A DNA stretch of 64,000 bases from Takakia lepidozioides (taxonomy: Eukaryota > Plantae > Bryophyta). The stretch is from the NCBI GenBank assembly GCA_030704615.1, contig CM060733.1, positions 2,542,001 through 2,606,000 on the forward strand, in the 5' to 3' direction. The position numbers were made by a program, and so were the translations under genes. Shown piece after piece: positions 40,134 to 50,359 of the stretch (the stretch's first letter is position 1; the number at the start of each line of letters is the position of its first letter). The notes below the pieces were generated by a model. That model did no database searches, was not told the DNA's origin, and saw only the letters and a list, made by a program, of their open reading frames with translations.

Positions 40134-41836
40134 ATGGGTCTTGCAAAATTGGTTGTGGGGGATGCGGTTATCACTTTTCTATGGGTATTCTATATGGCAG
40201 CCTTGCGGCCATAGACCCCGCGCCCAGTTTGGGCGGAACTAGGGAACATATACTACTTTTGTGAGGGGCTCACTCCATCAGTGTGACTTACCTTGATAGA
40301 GACAATTAATTTGGGTTTTCCATATATCTCTTGGAAAGCCCTTCACACAAGCATCAACTTGAACGGAGGTGCAGGATAATGTTCTTGATTGTCCAGATGA
40401 GGGTCACTCTCTACTGAGAATATCCCATACAATGTATCAGAAAATGGATATCGTCTTCAGGCTGCCCGCACATCCGGCAATTACAATCTCCTCTTCCTCT
40501 CTGCATTTGTTTATTGTTCAAAGGTAGAATTCGCGCCTTGAGTTTAAATTTCAGTCTTGTGCCAAGGGTAGGTAGGCCCTTGAGATCATCTCTAAGGTCT
40601 TGGCCCATGTCACAGACTGGAAACAAGTTCCAGGAAGTTTGATGCCTAACTTCATAAGGAAGAAAGAGAGAGAGAGAGAGAGAGAGAATTTTACTGTCCA
40701 CTTACTGTGTGATTACCCATCAAGTTCTCGAAGCATTGCTGCTCTTCCTTGCCTTGTTCTCCTATTCCATCATGTGTTCATCGCACGGCTTTGGGTGAGC
40801 TGTTGTTGGGATTTGAAGGTAACCTGTTGTTTTGATATGCAGATGATAGGGGCAGTTGGTGGAGCCTTGTCTATCTTGGAGGTGATGCCAACCAAATACA
40901 AGCATATGCTCGGTGGCCCCAAGTTGAGAGTGGCTCTAAGTAAGGGGGTGCTTGCTGAAGGACTCTTGACTTTCACCATCACTCTCGTTTTCTTATGGAC
41001 ATTTTTGAGGGCCCACGCAATGGTGCTGTGAAGAACTTTATTGTGGTTGTGACCACCCTTGCTCTTGTCATGCTTGGGGGTACTTACACCATCAATGAAT
41101 CCAGCTAATGTAAGCTTCTCTTCATCTGTCAATCCCTGTTTCAGCTGTCCTCGTCCAACTTTGTGTCTATGATATAGGTATTTCTTTACTAGTTTAGGGC
41201 CTTTCTTTTGACACTCTTGGATTATTGCATGAAAGAAGGTGAGGTTTTTCACTTACGTTGTGGTCTATACTCTACATTACCGCTCTTTTCTTCACTGAGA
41301 ATACCTTGTTCTCGCTAGAATCCGACTAGCAGTGCATTGTGCACATGTGTGAGGAGGTAAGGCTAAAGCAGCAACTGGAACCTGAAATGATCGTCTTGAT
41401 GCCCATGGCAGTACTAAAACCAATGCTCCCTTTGAGGAGACTGCCGTTGGCTACATGTGCAATATTGAGGGGTCTCCAAAACCCTTGGAACAGTCAATGA
41501 GTACATTCATCTTCTTCTGCTCCTTCTATTGATTAATTTGTGGTCCAAATACAGGCTGCAAGAGTATCACTGGCAAAACTAAACTGGAACAGGCTGTGGT
41601 GGGGGGGAGGGGGGGGGTTATTTATGGCAGGCATTTGGATGGGCATATGCAGCCAACCAACATGTTACATGGGAGCATTTTGCGGATATTGGCTGGGTCC
41701 TACGGTTGGCGCAGTGGCATCAGTTTGGGTTTTCCGTTTGTTATATACTCCATTGCCCAAGGGAGGGCCGGGTAAGAAAGAGGTTGTCAAGGGAGGGCCA
41801 ACCAAGGATGGGTTGGCCAAGGAGAAGGCATCTTAG
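40134..41836 (+). pseudogene. SIP1: SIP-subfamily aquaporin pseudogene; exon 1 disrupted by a LINE fragment
   Basis: MGLAKLVVGDAVITFLWVF, then a LINE; GAVGGALSILEVMP.KYKHMLGGPKL..GVLAEGLLTF; PSMNPAN followed by a GT donor; AFGWAY..N.H.TWEHF..YWLGP. Deletions and frameshifts present. Confidence 0.85.
40196..40690 (-). mobile_element. LINE 3' fragment, same superfamily as 2808-4545
   Basis: LGTRLKFKLKA..LPLN..CRMCGQPEDDIHFLIHC and the gaccccgcgcccagttt terminal motif. Confidence 0.85.
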
Positions 41837-43044
41837 GTGTTTCCTGGCCTTCAGATTTACCAGCCACAAGATACACAGGGTTGGTTTCCATATTGCCTCC
41901 AGTTTTGCAGGAATTGCAGCACACATGTCTAATGCTCCTAGGTGTGGTTTTTTCTTAATTTGTACAATGTAAAGAAGTTTGTCCATCCTGCAAATGTGGG
42001 CTGTTGGCTCCTGTTAGTACCATGATTTGGTATTCTTCTTGATGTTTACAAGGTTCTTGGGAGAGTCAGTGTGGTTTTAGCAGGCCGTGTTTCAATCTCT
42101 GCCTGCTCAGCTGGACCGTGGTGGTTCTCACATACCAATCCGACAGTATCTGACTACAGACACAAGCAGCACACACAAGAGGTTCTTTGGGTTGATGGTT
42201 GGTCAAATCCTCCATGGGTCATGACATAAGGTCAAGGTCGACAATGTGGTGAGGGCACCTTCTTCTTCAACCTATTTCTGCCCGTTTTACCCTCTCATCA
42301 GACTCGGCCCTGAGATGCATATTGAATTCAGTAAGTTAGCTCGTTGGGTGGATCTGTGGTGGTTAGGAGTGACTTTGACAAGTTACTGCCGATGTGGCAG
42401 CAGGAAAGTATCCAAAAACAGATAACATAGATGAGGAGAAGCTTGTTGGTGGATCTATGGTGGTTTTGGAGTGATTTTGATATGTTACTGTATGTAGGGT
42501 TAGGGCGTCAGTGTCAGCTGCTAGCTGTAGCAAGGCTGAGGATGTATTCACAATTTGTACACAGGCATGGATATTTGAAGGAGTGCAGGGATAGATTGTG
42601 GGTCCAGATACATCCAAGAGGCCTGGATTTCAAGCTCCAGATTACCTATGATTCCTTGTGGAGGATAGCTACAAGAAACAGATGGTCAACTGGAAACTGC
42701 AGCAGTAGCGGCACAATGGATAAAATCAGGCACTGCTAATGAAGGCACCTTCTTCAACACATTTCACCCTGTTTTTCCTTCTTATCAGGATCGGCCCTAA
42801 ATTTCAATGTTGAATTTTGCAAGTTAGCTGGTTGAGTGAATCTTGTTTGGAGTGACTTTGACATGATACTATAGGAAAGTATCCAAAAACAGGTAACAGA
42901 TATGAGGAGGAGCTGTGGGATGAATACTCTTCTGATCCCAATAAATGGTGAGACAACCGAGGCAAAAAGGTGAATGGCTGTCAGATTACAGAGAATAGCA
43001 GATGCAATTGACCATATGAACTAGTGTGATTAGTTGAGTTGGGT

Positions 43045-43283
43045 GCAATTGCACTCTCCATTTCCTCTCTGCTTCCGTTTGCTATTCAAAGGTAGGATTC
43101 CTGCCCTGAGTTTAAATTTTCAGTCTGGTGCCGAGAGTGGGTAGACCCTTGAGGTCATCCATGATGTCCTCTCCCATGTCATAGACTGGAAACAAGTCCA
43201 GGGAAGTTTTCTGCCTAACTTCATTTTCATCAGACAATTTTCTGGAAACAGACATGGCTTTGGACACTACAGCCTCTAAGTCA
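43045..43283 (-). mobile_element. Internal fragment of the same LINE family
   Basis: Highly similar to 3187-3424. Confidence 0.85.
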
Positions 43284-46136
43284 GTAGGGTTGGGGTGTTT
43301 GCTGGAACAATTCTAGGTTGTCATTGTTAGCTGCTAGCAGCAAGGCAGATGTGTGCATGATTTGTGTAGAGGCCTGGATAGCTGAAGGAGCAAGGATAGA
43401 GTGTGAAGATGCTTTGTGAGGCAGACTGACAGAGGCTCTACAGACTTTAAACCAACGAGGCATTTCAGCAGATTCAACGTACGTCTGTATCTTGCTTAAG
43501 TGCATCAAGATGAAAGGTCTTGAAGCTGGAAATAGGTGCACACTCACATTATCCAAAGTGGATTCACGCCAAAAACAATTCTATCCAACACCCTTGTCAA
43601 CATGTATGTTAAGTGTGGGAGCATCATGGATGCTCACCAAGTTTTCCACATAGTGCCTCAACGATCTTTGATCACGTGGAATATAATGTTGGCAGGATTT
43701 ACCAAGGATGGGTGTGGTAGGAATGCTTTGGAGACCTATGAGCAACTGCTACGCGAAGGGTGAAGTCCAATCACATCACGTTTGTTTGTGTTTGCAATGC
43801 GTGTGCAAGGCTGGGAGCTCTGGGAAAGGGGAAAGAGGTCCATGATGACATCGTCAAAGCTGGATTTGTACTAGATGTCATTCTGAACCCTGCCCTGGTG
43901 GACATGTATGCCAAATATGGGTGCATTGAGGATGCCAAGGGAGTGTTCAACACTATGGCTGAACGAGATTTGGTGTCGTGGAACGTGATGCTTGCAAGGT
44001 GTGCAGATCAGGAGCGTGGGATGGGGCTTTGGAGACCTTGTCAAGTTATTTAACCACTAGTGTGAAACTAGCTAGGAAATAGCTAGTTTTTACATATTGA
44101 CATTTGGGATTGGCCCAAGTGTCAATCCAGGGGTCAAGGCAGATTTAGGCCCTGGAGTGGTTATCTTCACGGCAAGCGCGGGAGGCTCATCTTTCTTGAG
44201 TTGAGCCTCACCGCGCCTAGCTATGGCGCCGTAGTGTGGATTCCCCATGGCGCGGGGTGCACTTGGCTTGACTTGTATTTGAGTAATGAGGTTATATATG
44301 CATGAGTTTATGCTTCAGCTTTGTGAGCTCGCATGAGCTTGTGCTTGTATTCTTCTTCTTTATCACTCGAGAAAGATCAGCTCGTATTTGTGAGTGCCAA
44401 ATACGAGTTAGTTGTAGCACTTGTGGTTTTTGCTTGAGAATGAGAGAAACCAGGTTGTTATGCAAGGAGCACCGTGGAGTTCTTGATTGTTAGAAGTGGA
44501 GGCGATGTGGGTTATGAGGTGGTAAACCTTGGCATTCGATCTTCAGCTTCAGAGATGAAAGCACCATGCTGCAGGTAATTCCAGAGCACCTTGATGGTTT
44601 CAGATTGTGTACATGCATGAGCAAGCACGATTGGGAAGAGGACCAATCAAGAGCAGGTTACAGTGGCTTTGGTGGAAAATCTGAGAACTAGCCTTGGAAA
44701 TGCGAGCTTTCATTGTGTGAAGGATTGCAAGACCAAGCGAAAGGGCTGATTTGGCTTGGGGCAAATCAGTGTACTTTGTGGAGTATGTTGAGATTGGGTT
44801 TCAATCTTGAGCTTCAGCATTGAGAGGGCTCTTGTCATGGCAAGAGCAGGGCTGGAACAGGAGCTAAGAGGTGCGGCAAGACAATGGAATGTGCACCTAG
44901 GGTTTCAGAGCTTGGAAGAAGAGCTCTTGCACCACAAGAGGAGTGTCTTGTGGCTGGAAATGTAAGCCTTAGGGTTTCAGGAGCTTGGCAAAGGTTGTGG
45001 AGTGCTTAGTCTTGTCTTAGAGAGCATCAAGGAGCTAAGGAGCCAAGATAGGGGACTGATACCTCTTGTGTGAAGAGGTTGCATGTGTGGAGCATGTATT
45101 CAGCTCATTGAAGCTTCCATCTTCAAGCTTGGAGGGCAAGCAAGGAAGAGGGAAGGGCTGACTTCCCTTATGTGAGAGCAATGCATGTATGGAGCATGCT
45201 TTCAGCCTGTTGAAGGCTTGTACTTTCAGGTTTGGGAGTGCAAGAAAGGAAGGAAGGGCTGGTTTCCCTGTAGGGCATGTGTGGAGCATGCTTCCAGCCC
45301 GCTGAAGCGTGTATTTTCAGGTTGGTGGGTGCAAGAAAGAAAACAAATGGGCTGATTCTCTGGTGGTGAGAGTGGGGCATGTGTGGAGCATGCCTTCAGT
45401 CCATTGGGCTTTTGTTTTCAAGCTTTAGAGAGCTAGAATGGAAGGGCTAGGGCTGGTTCCCACTTGGGTGAAAGAAAAGCACTTGTAAAGCATATGTGAG
45501 ATGGGGTTTCAACCTCAAGCCTAGATAGAGCATGGCTCTTGAAGTGGTAGGTATAGGGGGCTGGAATAGGCTCTAAGACAGATGCTATGGCCAAGGAAAA
45601 TGCTTGAATGAGTGCTCACAAGGGCTGGAAACCAGCAAGGCTTGGTTGTTTGCCATTGAGTTTAGTGGCGTGTTTGGGGAGTCTAAGTGAGAAAAAAAGC
45701 TTGGTTTGTGGCAACCATCTTCCTCATGGCTTAGGGCTACTATTGGTGGTGTGTAGGAGCCAAAAGAGCAAGAATACCTTGCTGATTTCTTCACAGCCGC
45801 CATAGCTCGGTGCAAAGAAGCCTAGCGTCCAAGCCCCATGGGATTCATGTGTGGAGCATCACTATCACTAGTGCAGGTGGAGTCTGCTGCAGCCGTGACT
45901 CGAGGAGCAGCACGAGTTCCTGAGCCACGAGGTGCAGAGGTGGAGTTGGATCCACAACATGGGGAGGCAAGCCGTCAGGCTAGGCTTCCTCAGTCATTCA
46001 CATTGGCGGAGACAGTGTCGACGCCATCCATGGCACCTAGTTCTCGCTCGACTGTTACTGAGGCGGAGGTTACTATGCCATTGGGGAGAGCTACACGGGT
46101 ACACTACCTAGTGTTGCCAAGGCTACGGCAGCTAGT

Positions 46137-47042
46137 GTGCTGCTAGAAGCGGCCACATCTGTGTGCCAGGCTCCATTGTTCTCGGCTACCATGATTGCGA
46201 CGCCGGGGGTAAGACCAGCTGAGGTGTTCAGGCTGGTAGCTACACTCTGTAACAGTGGGGAGGTTACTTTATCTTCTGCAGAGATAGTGGGAGGTGTAGT
46301 GCCGGAGGGATCCTTGGATTTGAGGGTCAAGACTGCCACGGCAGCGCCATGGCAAGTTGCAGCTGCCAGGTTGATGGAGCTGCCAGCTAGGCCAGCCATT
46401 GAGCGCACCATGGTGACACCTGGAGTTGTCATGTTAGACAACCAGGATGACATTTTCTATTTGAGTGGACCGGCAGACAAGAGGTACCGGCCACTGCGGG
46501 TCTTGTTGGATTCGGGAGCTCAACCATTGATGCTGGGCAGAGCTGCTATTGCAGGCTTGGGCCTCATGGAGGCGGATATGGAGCCTTGTCCTTTCCAGAT
46601 ACAGACGTCTCTGGGAGGATCGGAGCAGGCTCGGGGCATGACACGGCGTGAGTTGGCTATCAGACTACAGCCGGATCACCCTACAGATGGCTCAGTGATG
46701 CGAGCCAAGGCCATTGTGACAGACGCGGTCTCATACGATGTCCTGGTTGGTGGGGCAGTATTGTACCCCATGGGCTTCACCCTGGATTTTTGGGAGGAGT
46801 CAGCTTCCTATAGGCCTGGATGGCAGTCAGGGGAGCGCCGGCGTATGCAGCTCCCTGTGACGTTCATAGGAGGAGTTGCGGTTGCCCAGCGAGGCAAGAT
46901 GCCGACACTAACAGCATTCACAGCGGCAGTGAGTTGGCCTAGAGAGTTGATTGAGGGCAACGCTCATTCAGAGAATGTACCACCTCCGGGAGAGCAAGAT
47001 GACATGTATGGTATGGCGGAGTTGTCTACCATGGTTGCTTAG
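46137..47042 (+). CDS. Retropepsin-like aspartic protease region of the element's polyprotein
   Basis: RVLLDSGAQ motif and downstream YDVLVG. Confidence 0.8.
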   Translation: MLLEAATSVCQAPLFSATMIATPGVRPAEVFRLVATLCNSGEVTLSSAEIVGGVVPEGSLDLRVKTATAAPWQVAAARLMELPARPAIERTMVTPGVVMLDNQDDIFYLSGPADKRYRPLRVLLDSGAQPLMLGRAAIAGLGLMEADMEPCPFQIQTSLGGSEQARGMTRRELAIRLQPDHPTDGSVMRAKAIVTDAVSYDVLVGGAVLYPMGFTLDFWEESASYRPGWQSGERRRMQLPVTFIGGVAVAQRGKMPTLTAFTAAVSWPRELIEGNAHSENVPPPGEQDDMYGMAELSTMVA

Positions 47043-47214
47043 ACTCCATTGTGGGGCACGAGCAAGGATTTTCAGCGGGATGCTGATCGACGGGTGCAAC
47101 AAGTCTGGGTGGAGGCTTTTGTACTGTCAGGAGAGGAGGAGAGTGCGGGGATTGCACCAGGACCACCTCAGTTGTCTCCATTGGACACCACACCTATTGT
47201 GTGGCAGTATCCGG

Positions 47215-48180
47215 ATGAAGGCATTTGTCTTCTGGACTTGTTTGGCGGAATCAGCACCGGATTGGCTGCTGTGTTACAGGCAGGTGTACGAGTTCGACGT
47301 TACCTGTATGTGGAGAGGGATGAGACTGCACGACGCGTTTCACTTTGCCATGTTGCTCAGTTGGTGCAGCGGTACCCTGAGTTGTTGTCGGTGTCTGCAA
47401 TTCGTGGATATCAGTAGGCCTTGCCAGCAGACATTTTGTTGCTGGGGGCGCATGATTTGGAGCGGGTTGGCTCCATTGATCTGGTAGTGGCAGGTTGGCC
47501 CTGCCAAGAGCATTCATCAGCCGGGCATGGCAATGGATTGCGAGACTCGAGGTCGGGTCTGTTTTGGAAGAAGGTGCGGGTTTTGCGCCACTTGCAGCTT
47601 CATCAAGCTGTATCTCCAGCATACATCTTGGAGAATGTGCCACTGATGGACGATTCTCGGGCCAGGGTGATGGCCAGTGTGCATCAAGTCCGGTCATGGC
47701 TTGGGTCAGCAGTGCTGCTAGATGCAGCTACAGTGGGGTCACGGGCTCATCGTCCACGGCTATGGTGGACTAACTTGATGCCACCCGCACTGCTCAAGCG
47801 TGCATTTGATGGGGTGTAGCGGCCAGCACATCTCACAGTGGATAGCATTCTGGACACAGGGAGGCAGTCTCAGCGTGTGAGACACGATGACCGTTCGCCT
47901 TTGGCAGTGGTCAACAAGGTGGGTCAACCACGAGCAACATTATCTACACTGCTCAGTTTCCCAGGATCGCATGCTTTCCGGGATAGTGGACCTGGCCTCT
48001 TGTAGGATGCTCATTTGCAGCAGTTAGTGGAGCCTAATGCTGACGAGCGTGAGCGGGCAATGGGTTTTACCACTGGTACCACGGCGGTGTCGTCTCTTTC
48101 TGAGGCATCACGTCGTCAGGTGTTGGGGCAAGCAATGGATCTCAATTGCTTGACCTGGATTATCAGCTTGGCTATGGTTG
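47215..48180 (+). pseudogene. DNMT3-like C5 cytosine DNA methyltransferase domain within the retrotransposon polyprotein (in-frame stops)
   Basis: Motifs in canonical order: I LDLFGGISTG, II YLYVERD, IV DLVVAGWPCQ, VI YILENV, VIII RAHRPRLWWTNL, IX ERERAMGF, X RRQVLGQAM. Confidence 0.92.
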
Positions 48181-48634
48181 AGCAACGGAGAATGCGGAGT
48201 ACACTTTCCTCGATGGTCTCTCTGCCTACCGAGACGGTACAGGCAGTGAGTGGGGGCGAGCATGTGAGGACCACGGGGTGCAAGCATCCATGACACACGT
48301 GGGATGTGCTCGAGGTTCAGAGGGAGTTGACAGCCAAGGCGGCTGTGATGGATGAGGTTGGGGATTCTTCTGGGGTTGAGGAGGTCCTCAAGGATGAGAT
48401 GATGGGGCAGGATGAGGCCTTGTCATTGACTGAGCAAGCAGGGAGTACTGCTCAAGAGGTTGCGGCATAGCAACCACGAGACGCGTCCTCTACCTCTAAG
48501 TCTGTTGGACTTAAGGTTGCAGTTACGAAGGGCAATTGGGAGCCTGACATTGGACCTATTGTCACTAGAGAAGAGAGACGACGTATACAGCGGTTCCTGA
48601 GGCTTACAGGAATTGCTTTGCCTCTCGTGCTACG

Positions 48635-50359
48635 GTGGAGGAGCACGAGAGACATGTTCAGGTTCTGCATCGACCGGGTTTGGTCAATAGGGATGCGGAT
48701 GGATTGAGTCGCAATCCATGCACGAGCCAGCAGGATGACACTAGAGCTCGGTGGCATGGTGAGACGGACGAGGAGATGGTGTCGGGATGGCATGCATCTG
48801 CCTTTTTGTGTATCTTGGCATCGGGAGGTCAGGTTGGACCTACAACAGGGATGACTGTAGACGGAGTGTCTGAGGACCCTGAGGCTAGTGATGAGCCAGG
48901 TGGTGCCAGAGATATACATGAGGATTCGGTTGTGTTGGACTACCTCCGCACTAGAGATACGGCAGCTAGTGTGACTGCCAAGGAGAGGGATCGGATCCTA
49001 CAACGAGCCAAGAGGTTCAAGTGGGAGGGGATACATCTGCTTCGAGTATGGGAGGATGGTCAGGTGAGGATCGTGCCTCACCCAACACAGCGTGCACGGT
49101 TAGTGCGGCATGCCCATGAGGAGTTGGGGCATTTTGGAGTGCGACGCACTCACAGTTTACTGCAGGGGCAGTATTGGTGGCGTGGTATGCATACAGAGGT
49201 GCAACAATTCGTGGCTAGGTGCATGGTGTGTGACAGGGTGCGTGCTTCATTCAACGCCCCTACACCATAGTTGCATCCTTTACCAATCATGGGATTGGGC
49301 TACAGGTCGAGTCTTGACTTCGCAGGACCGTTGCCACTGACTATGCGCCACCACAGATATGTGTTGGTGATGGTGGAGCACTTCTCCAAGTGGATTGAGT
49401 TGGTTCCATTGCCTGACAAGGCTAGTGAGGGGGCTGCGTATGCATTCTTGGATCGTGTGCTTAGCCGATTCGGTGCTCCAGCTGAGGTACTCACGGACCA
49501 AGGGAGAGAGTTCTTGGGGGAGTTTCAGGCTTTGAGTAATAAAGCCTTGATAGACTACCGCACCACTTATCGGGATCATCCTGAGGCCGATGGCTTGGTA
49601 AAGAGAGTTGTTCAGACGGTGAAGAGGGGTTTGCACAAGTATGGCTTGCAGAAAAAGGGACACCTATGAGATTGGGATCTTCAGGTTCATTGGTTAGCCA
49701 TGGGCTACAGGTTCAGCAAACAAGCATCACTTGCCTCCTTCTCACCATATTTCCGTCTCTTTGGCCGAAAGCCGGATTTGCCTGCAGCCATTCGTAGGGA
49801 CACTGCTCAAGTCCTTAACCTTGACGATCCGGACGTGTGGGTACATGCATGTGATCAGCGTGCAGAGTTGTTCAAGAACGTCATGCCCATGGCTTTTGAG
49901 AACCTTGCCATTGCACAGCACCGTGATACGTTGAGGTATGCCACTATACATGGTGGAGGATATCGTCCTGGGGTTCGGAGGTTTAGCCCTGGTGACTATG
50001 TTTATTTGCAGCAGACTGCTCCTACGACTCTGGATGTTACTGCAGGGCGTGTTATTCTGAGGGTTCGAGAGGTGTTGCCCTCAGGGGTCCTGATCTTGGA
50101 GGGTCGGGATGGCATGACTTGGAAGGACCATGTGCGTAATTGTGCGCCATGTCACCTTCCCAATGTCGATGGCAGAGTTGACCCAAACTTGGCAGTGGTA
50201 CCTGCAGGTTTGAGGTGCATGGTCTGTGGGTCTGCCAAAGGGGCAGCCACCATGCTGGTGTGTGATCGATGCTCAAGGGGTTGGCATATGGGATGCTTGA
50301 CACCACCTCTTGAGAAGGTTCCTGATGGAGATTGGTTGTGTCCACACTGCTTGGGATAG
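48635..50359 (+). pseudogene. RNase H C-terminal remnant, integrase (HHCC plus core) and C-terminal PHD finger
   Basis: HRPGLVNRDADGLSR; HEELGHFG..CMVC; LDFAG, EHFSKW, TDQG.EF, DGLVKR (catalytic E apparently changed to K); PHD CMVC..MLVCDRCSRGWHMGC..PDGDWLCPHC (C4HC3). Confidence 0.9.

Larger units (their letters stand above)
39645..42245. repeat. Dispersed duplication: about 39645-39810 matches about 42078-42245
   Basis: Shared tagcaggccgt.tttcaatctctgcc...gtcaaatcctccat.ggtcatgaca.aaggtc. Confidence 0.75.

Noticed and set aside
44895-44980. Telomere-like tagggttt motifs
   Set aside because: Two isolated copies, not an array.
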